NCBI RefSeq assembly: GCF_041890355.1
Contig: NZ_CP169059.1
Location: 3,679,933-3,711,932 of the forward strand
Origin: Mycobacterium hainanense
Lineage (GTDB): Bacteria; Actinomycetota; Actinomycetes; Mycobacteriales; Mycobacteriaceae
Direction: 5' to 3'
DNA length: 32,000 bases
The stretch's first letter is position 1. Each line of letters opens with the position of its first letter. The notes beneath the pieces were generated by a model, which ran no database searches, was not told the origin of the DNA, and saw only the letters and a program-made list of their open reading frames with translations. This document shows positions 28,298 to 32,000 of this stretch, piece by piece. The position numbers and the translations under genes were made by a program.

Positions 28298-29458
28298 CTA
28301 AATGCTCTGGGCCGGAGCCGATTTCGGGGCCTCCGGGTGCGCGAGCCGGTAGACCTCGATGAGCCGCGTCACATCGGTCGGCGTCACGATGCCGACGACC
28401 TGGCCGTCGTCGAACACCAGGGCGCGGCTGCGCGGGCCGGCGGGCGCCATGCGCTCCAGCAGGGTGGTCAGCGGCTCCAGTGGTGCGCCGGACGGCACCT
28501 CGTGCAGCGGCTGCGCGATCTCCGCCACGGTGGTGGTGGCGCGCCGTTCGGGTGCGACGTCGCGTAATTGCCGCAACGTGATCAGGCCCGTAACCGTCCC
28601 GCTCTGGTCGACGACCGGGTACGCGGAGTGCCGATCTCCGAGCACGTAGCGCTGGACGAAATCGTCGACGGTGATCCATCCGGGGGCGGTGTGCGGGCGA
28701 TCGGTCATCGCGTCGGCGACGCGGACCCCGGAAAACATCTGCTGGGCCGAAATCCGCGTTTCCTCTTCGCGACTGGCGGCGAAGATGAACCAGCCGATGA
28801 ACGCGAGCCAGACGCCGCCAACCAGACCGCCGAGCAGAAACTCGGCCAGCCCCAAGCCAATCAGGATGAAGGCCACCACCCGCCCGGCGTGGGCGGCGCC
28901 GATGCTGGCACGCACGCTGTCGCCGTGGCGGCGCCACAACAAGGCCCGCAGTACCCGGCCACCGTCCAGCGGCGCGCCGGGCAGCAGATTGAACAGGCCC
29001 AGCAGCAGGTTGATGCCGGCCAGCCAGGACGCGACGCCGACGGCGATCGGTGGGGCGCCCGCCATCGGCAGGGCGGCGACCAGGCCGCCGAAGATGGCCG
29101 CCAGCGCCAGGCTGGTGGCCGGCCCGGCGACCGCGATCCGGAAGGCCGCCGTCGGCGTCTTCGCCTCGCCGCCCAGGGTGGTGACTCCACCGAACAGCCA
29201 GAGCGTCACGTTGCCCACGGGCACGCCGGCGCGGCGGGCGACGACGGCATGCGCGAGCTCGTGCGCCACCAGGGACGCCAACAGCACCAGCGCCCCGCAC
29301 GCTCCCGCCGCCCAGTAGGCGACGGGCGAATACCCCTTGACGCTGCCGGGCAGCATGCTGGCCAGGCTCCAGGTGAACAACCACAGAATGACCAGCACGC
29401 TCCAGTGAACCTTCACCGGGAAGCCGGCGATCCGCCCGACTGGGATCGCATCGCTCAC
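28298..29458 (-). CDS. M50-family (site-2-protease-like) zinc metalloprotease with C-terminal tandem CBS domains (Rv2625c-like)
   Basis: Track ORF of 386 aa with a GTG start and RBS GGAGG. HExxH is present as VAHELAHAV, followed by [11 protein letters not shown]. The CBS-like C-terminus reads ...VADAMTDRP...[19 protein letters not shown]...[18 protein letters not shown]. Confidence 0.9.
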   Translation of the reverse strand: MSDAIPVGRIAGFPVKVHWSVLVILWLFTWSLASMLPGSVKGYSPVAYWAAGACGALVLLASLVAHELAHAVVARRAGVPVGNVTLWLFGGVTTLGGEAKTPTAAFRIAVAGPATSLALAAIFGGLVAALPMAGAPPIAVGVASWLAGINLLLGLFNLLPGAPLDGGRVLRALLWRRHGDSVRASIGAAHAGRVVAFILIGLGLAEFLLGGLVGGVWLAFIGWFIFAASREEETRISAQQMFSGVRVADAMTDRPHTAPGWITVDDFVQRYVLGDRHSAYPVVDQSGTVTGLITLRQLRDVAPERRATTTVAEIAQPLHEVPSGAPLEPLTTLLERMAPAGPRSRALVFDDGQVVGIVTPTDVTRLIEVYRLAHPEAPKSAPAQSI

Positions 29459-29593
29459 CTCGAACCTCCAAAATCGTTGAGGGAAGCGGCGCGACCGCCG
29501 CCTCCGCTCCGAAGGTATTGCGACGCTGCGGTTACCACTAGGGCCGTTGGACCCCGGCGGCCGGCAATCGACCCGCCGAACGGCCGGCGGTGA

Positions 29594-29617
29594 CGAATTT
29601 GGGCCCGATTCGCAATC
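29594..29617 (+). promoter_or_regulatory. Shared bipartite motif, site A (CGAAT-N6-CCGATT-N3-AATC)
   Basis: Sequence CGAATTTGGGCCCGATTCGCAATC. Its position is in the divergent region between the M50 protease gene and the small ORF at 29685. It shares 15 of 24 positions, in three blocks with identical spacing, with 31211-31234. Confidence 0.3.
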
Positions 29618-29684
29618 TCCGCGTGACGGAACACCGGGGCCTTCTCACGTAATTTGGCATGCGGTTCCGGTTGAACAAAGGAGC

Positions 29685-29933
29685 ATGGCGGTTATGGGTG
29701 GTATCCCACCGTTGTTGTTGACCGACTCTGACGTGGATGCCCTGGCTTGCGAGTTCCTGGAGTCACGGTATCTCGGCGCCATCTATGCCGACTGGTCCCC
29801 CGATCGGCGCCTCGACACTTTCCTGCGGCGGCGTGGCCTGTCTCGCGTTGCCGACGACGGCGACCTGTCCAACACGGTCTTGGAACGCATCCTGGGACAG
29901 GTTGGCCGCGCCTCGCGGCTGGCCCGCCGCTGA
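29685..29933 (+). CDS. Small hypothetical protein (82 aa)
   Basis: Uses the ATG at 29685 (or 29694), preceded by AAAGGAG, inside track ORF 29547..29933. Amino-acid composition is balanced, third positions are GC-rich, and a hairpin follows the stop. No family was recognised. Confidence 0.5.
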   Translation: MAVMGGIPPLLLTDSDVDALACEFLESRYLGAIYADWSPDRRLDTFLRRRGLSRVADDGDLSNTVLERILGQVGRASRLARR

Positions 29934-29948
29934 GCTTGCGGCGCAAGC
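29934..29948 (+). terminator. Hairpin immediately after the small ORF stop
   Basis: GCTTGC-GGC-GCAAGC forms a 6-bp stem with a 3-nt loop and starts 1 nt after the TGA. There is no U-tract. Confidence 0.3.
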
Positions 29949-30175
29949 AAATCGGGGCGGGCCAGCGGGTCGTCCAGGTTGGTGCCCAACGGACACGCCC
30001 AAAGCCCAAACCTGTTGCCATGCTGGATATCTGACGAATCGTGCTGGTGAGCATGCACCGTGATGGGGCAAGCCGCCACCAACGGCCGCTCAGGCAGTTC
30101 CCCGCGATCACCCAACCACCGCCGCGCCACCCCGGCCGCCATCGCGGTGAGCAAGCACGGCGAGTAGATACGTCC
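29945..30175 (-). pseudogene. Internal fragment of a WS/DGAT (wax-ester synthase / diacylglycerol acyltransferase, Tgs-like) gene
   Basis: The minus-strand frame reads GRIYSPCLLTAMAAGVARRWLGDRGELPERPLVAACPITVHAHQHDSSDIQHGNRFGLWACPLGTNLDDPLARP. This resembles the central WS/DGAT region (..NDVVLA..GALR.WL...G.LP..PL.A.VPVS.R.....GN......LPT...DP..R). The N-terminal HHxxxDG part and the C-terminal part are absent, and it is flanked directly by other genes. Confidence 0.55.
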
Positions 30176-30194
30176 GGCCGCCTGGCAGCCCGCC

Positions 30195-31178
30195 CTAGTC
30201 GAACGCGTGGATCACCTGGCGGGCTACCTGCCGGATTTGTTGGTAGACAACGTGATCGAGGGGGAGATCCCGGTAACGCGGGATCTCCCCCGTCGTGGTG
30301 ACCACGCCCGGTTCCTCGTGCGCCCAATGCGCGTGCACCTTGTCGCCCAACGCGCGTGCGGGCGGATTGTCGGACAGCACGCGGGCGTGGAAGCGCTTGA
30401 TGCCGTCGACGCGCGCCGCGACCGCGAGCGCGCCGAGCAGCAGCGTGCCTATCCCGCGCCCCTGGTAGCCGTCCGCCACAGTGAGCGCGACCTCTGCCGA
30501 GGCGGGGTCGTCCTGGTCCCGGACGAAGCGGGCGTCCGCGATGACCGGCCCTGCCACGCCGTCGGTGACCACCCAGACGAAATGGTCGACATAGTCGACC
30601 TCGAAGAGATAGGTCAGTCGCGCCTCGGTGGGGGCGCCGCCTTGATACCGCCGGTACAGGGTCTCCCGCGAGAACGAACCGCTGCTCTTGAACCGTTCGG
30701 CGTCACCGGGCAGGACCGGGCGCAGCGATAGGACGGCGCCGTCCTTGGTCGTCACCGGGATCGGGACGACGTATGCGGCCACTCGCTGCCGCGCGGTGCG
30801 CAGCATCCGGTCGGCGACGACCGGCATGGCCAGCATGCCGTCGAAGGCGGCGCCGTACCCGCTGTATCCGCGCACGTCCTCGGCCGCCGTCACCGTGGCC
30901 GTTCTGGTGGCGTGCCGCAGCAACGCGATCTCCCCGACGATCGTCGCGGACGACAGCTCGGTGACGGTGACCCGGCCCTTGGATCCGACATGCCGCACCC
31001 GGATGCGGCCCGACGCGATGATCGCGAAAGACTCCGCTCGTTCCCCCTGCCGCATCAGTACCTCGCCGGCGACCGCGTGGAGGGGCTCGAGAAGGGCGGC
31101 CAACGTCTTGAGGTCCTCGGCCGGGATGTCGGCGAACACGGGAAGCCCCGCGAGTTCTTCGGCGCGGACAGCCCTCAC
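30195..31178 (-). CDS. Cyclic-nucleotide-binding domain fused to GNAT protein lysine acetyltransferase (Rv0998/MtPat-like)
   Basis: Track ORF of 327 aa with a GTG start. The N-terminal cNMP-binding fold reads ...FADIPAEDLKTLAALLEP...IVGEIALLRHATRTATVTA. The linker reads RTARQRVAAYVVPIPV. The GNAT domain reads ...EVDYVDHFVWVVTDG...TVADGYQGRGIGTLLLGAL... It is close to my recollection of the Rv0998 sequence along its whole length. Confidence 0.88.
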   Translation of the reverse strand: MRAVRAEELAGLPVFADIPAEDLKTLAALLEPLHAVAGEVLMRQGERAESFAIIASGRIRVRHVGSKGRVTVTELSSATIVGEIALLRHATRTATVTAAEDVRGYSGYGAAFDGMLAMPVVADRMLRTARQRVAAYVVPIPVTTKDGAVLSLRPVLPGDAERFKSSGSFSRETLYRRYQGGAPTEARLTYLFEVDYVDHFVWVVTDGVAGPVIADARFVRDQDDPASAEVALTVADGYQGRGIGTLLLGALAVAARVDGIKRFHARVLSDNPPARALGDKVHAHWAHEEPGVVTTTGEIPRYRDLPLDHVVYQQIRQVARQVIHAFD

Positions 31179-31210
31179 GTCGGCCCACCTGTCAGCTCGA
31201 GTCCCCGGCC

Positions 31211-31234
31211 CGAATCACACGCCGATTGCGAATC
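31211..31234 (+). promoter_or_regulatory. Shared bipartite motif, site B
   Basis: Sequence CGAATCACACGCCGATTGCGAATC, lying 33-56 nt upstream of the acetyltransferase GTG. It contains the palindrome GATTGCGAATC and the direct repeat CGAATC-N12-CGAATC. Confidence 0.3.
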
Positions 31235-31294
31235 CGTTGCTAAAGCGGTCATTTCGCCAATTTCGTAATCCAGCGGCCCCCGAAACGGGTAGCG

Positions 31295-31340
31295 TGGCGA
31301 TGCGTCCTCCCCGGTGTACGGTACGCCAGCCGCATCGCCA
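31295..31340. other. Perfect 10-bp stem hairpin with 26-nt loop
   Basis: TGGCGATGCG (31295-31304) pairs with CGCATCGCCA (31331-31340). The loop TCCTCCCCGGTGTACGGTACGCCAGC contains a nested imperfect GGTGTAC/GTACGCC pairing. Confidence 0.5.
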
Positions 31341-31508
31341 TCGCGGGAGAACGAAGTAGCTGACAGCTGTGACAAAAGACCCTGTCGGACTGGGACTTCG
31401 GCAGGCCGGAAGCAAGACCAAAGCCTTTCGGTGAACGTGCTCTTGGCCTCTACGGCCGGGCCCCCTGGGGCTGGTCGGATGGATCGATAGGCTAGCGGGG
31501 AGGGAAAC

Positions 31509-31772
31509 ATGATTACAGGCAAGTGGCGGCAGCATTGGCCACAGCGCCGGCCGGAGGCCCGGATCTATCAGCTCACCGATCGCCTCCACGAGGGACATGT
31601 TGCCCGAGTGCCCGCCCACCAGATACCCGCCACCGTGTCCGCCTGGTTGGAGGAGCTCGGTGCGCGCAGCCCGTTGGTCGACGATCTCGAGCGCGCGGTC
31701 CGCGGAGAAGACTGGTCCGCGGCGCACGCCCTTGGTGAGTGCCTGTCCATCGAGATCGCTCTGGCCGACTGA
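31509..31772 (+). CDS. Small hypothetical protein (87 aa)
   Basis: Track ORF with a strong GGGGAGGG RBS 5-6 nt upstream of the ATG. Third positions are GC-rich. No family was recognised. Confidence 0.55.
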   Translation: MITGKWRQHWPQRRPEARIYQLTDRLHEGHVARVPAHQIPATVSAWLEELGARSPLVDDLERAVRGEDWSAAHALGECLSIEIALAD

Positions 31773-31790
31773 CCGGTCTGATCGGATGTA

Positions 31791-31814
31791 GCGCGGCGGG
31801 GACGTTTGCCGCGC
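31791..31814 (+). terminator. GC hairpin downstream of the 87-aa ORF
   Basis: GCGCGGC-GGGGACGTTT-GCCGCGC forms a 7-bp stem 19 nt after the stop. A second small hairpin, GTGAC-TTTC-GTCAC, follows. Confidence 0.3.
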
Positions 31815-31936
31815 CCCACGTGACTTTCGTCACTACCGCACAGCCGCCGCGCACCGCAGGATCGACGGTATACCGGTACACCACGCCATCGGTATCCCTT
31901 TCGGCAGCAATGGATTCGCGTCATGAATGCAAGACT

Positions 31937-31961
31937 GGCCTCAACGGAGAGGCCCGATTTT
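31937..31961 (+). terminator. Hairpin plus T-run (intrinsic-terminator-like)
   Basis: GGCCTC-AACGGA-GAGGCC is followed by CGATTTT. This conflicts with a possible ORF starting at ATG 31923, so the assignment is uncertain. Confidence 0.25.
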
Positions 31962-32000
31962 CGCAAGATCGAGAACCGCGCACCCTCGGTGGCGCAGATG

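Noticed and set aside
31368-31384. A CRP/cAMP-receptor-like half-site, TGTGACAAAAGACCCTG, upstream of the cAMP-dependent acetyltransferase gene.
   Set aside because: The second half lacks TCACA, so only one half-site is present. An isolated TCACA at 31214-31218 likewise has no TGTGA partner at the correct spacing.
31215-31727. Minus-strand ORFs of 170 aa (31215..31727) and 115 aa (31175..31522) overlapping the region upstream of the acetyltransferase gene.
   Set aside because: Their composition is poor (Arg/Pro/Gly-rich) and no RBS is evident. They are antisense to the better-supported 87-aa ORF, which has a strong RBS, and they span a region with obvious hairpin structure.
31923-32000. An open frame starting at ATG 31923 (MNARLASTERPDFRKIENRAPSVAQM...) that runs off the window.
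   Set aside because: Only 26 codons are visible and the RBS is weak. It contains a terminator-like hairpin plus T-run. It cannot be distinguished from non-coding sequence without downstream sequence.

Overview
This is a very GC-rich actinobacterial chromosome segment. I read it as a Mycobacterium core region (slow-grower, M. avium-complex-like). It appears largely syntenic with M. tuberculosis H37Rv Rv2592c-Rv2625c, but that comparison is from memory and was not aligned. Gene order: ruvB (partial)-ruvA-ruvC on the minus strand with a LexA box upstream | a five-gene membrane/polyamine cluster on the plus strand (DUF4178-like, Rv2598-like, DUF4247-like, DUF350-like, membrane-fused spermidine-synthase-like) | YebC-family protein and pdxT-tesB2-pdxS (minus) | a PPE plus PE (hydrolase-domain) pair (plus) | the six-gene operon thrS-HIT-pgsA1-patA-pimA-Nudix (minus) | LLM oxidoreductase and CPA1 Na+/H+ antiporter (plus) | M20 amidohydrolase, TRIC/UPF0126 channel, hotdog thioesterase and aldo-keto reductase (minus) | DUF1990-like (plus) | a wHTH regulator-small membrane protein-cupin-nitronate monooxygenase operon (minus) | M50/CBS metalloprotease (minus) | a small orphan ORF | a WS/DGAT gene relic | a cNMP-binding GNAT protein acetyltransferase (minus) | a second small orphan ORF. 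I recognised no rRNA, tRNA, CRISPR array, transposase or integrase. The most noteworthy non-genic structures are: (1) a two-unit MIRU-type insert with chained mini-ORFs between HIT and pgsA1; (2) a 53-bp composite palindromic repeat at two intergenic loci; (3) a 24-bp bipartite motif shared by two divergent promoter regions; (4) a structured leader that could occlude the ribosome-binding site of the acetyltransferase gene; (5) gene relics next to the M50 protease. I do not see a clear-cut new multi-gene system such as a defence island. The best candidates for undescribed biology are the uncharacterised membrane/polyamine cluster and the wHTH-membrane-cupin-NMO operon. All family names come from reading the translations by eye; no database search was possible.
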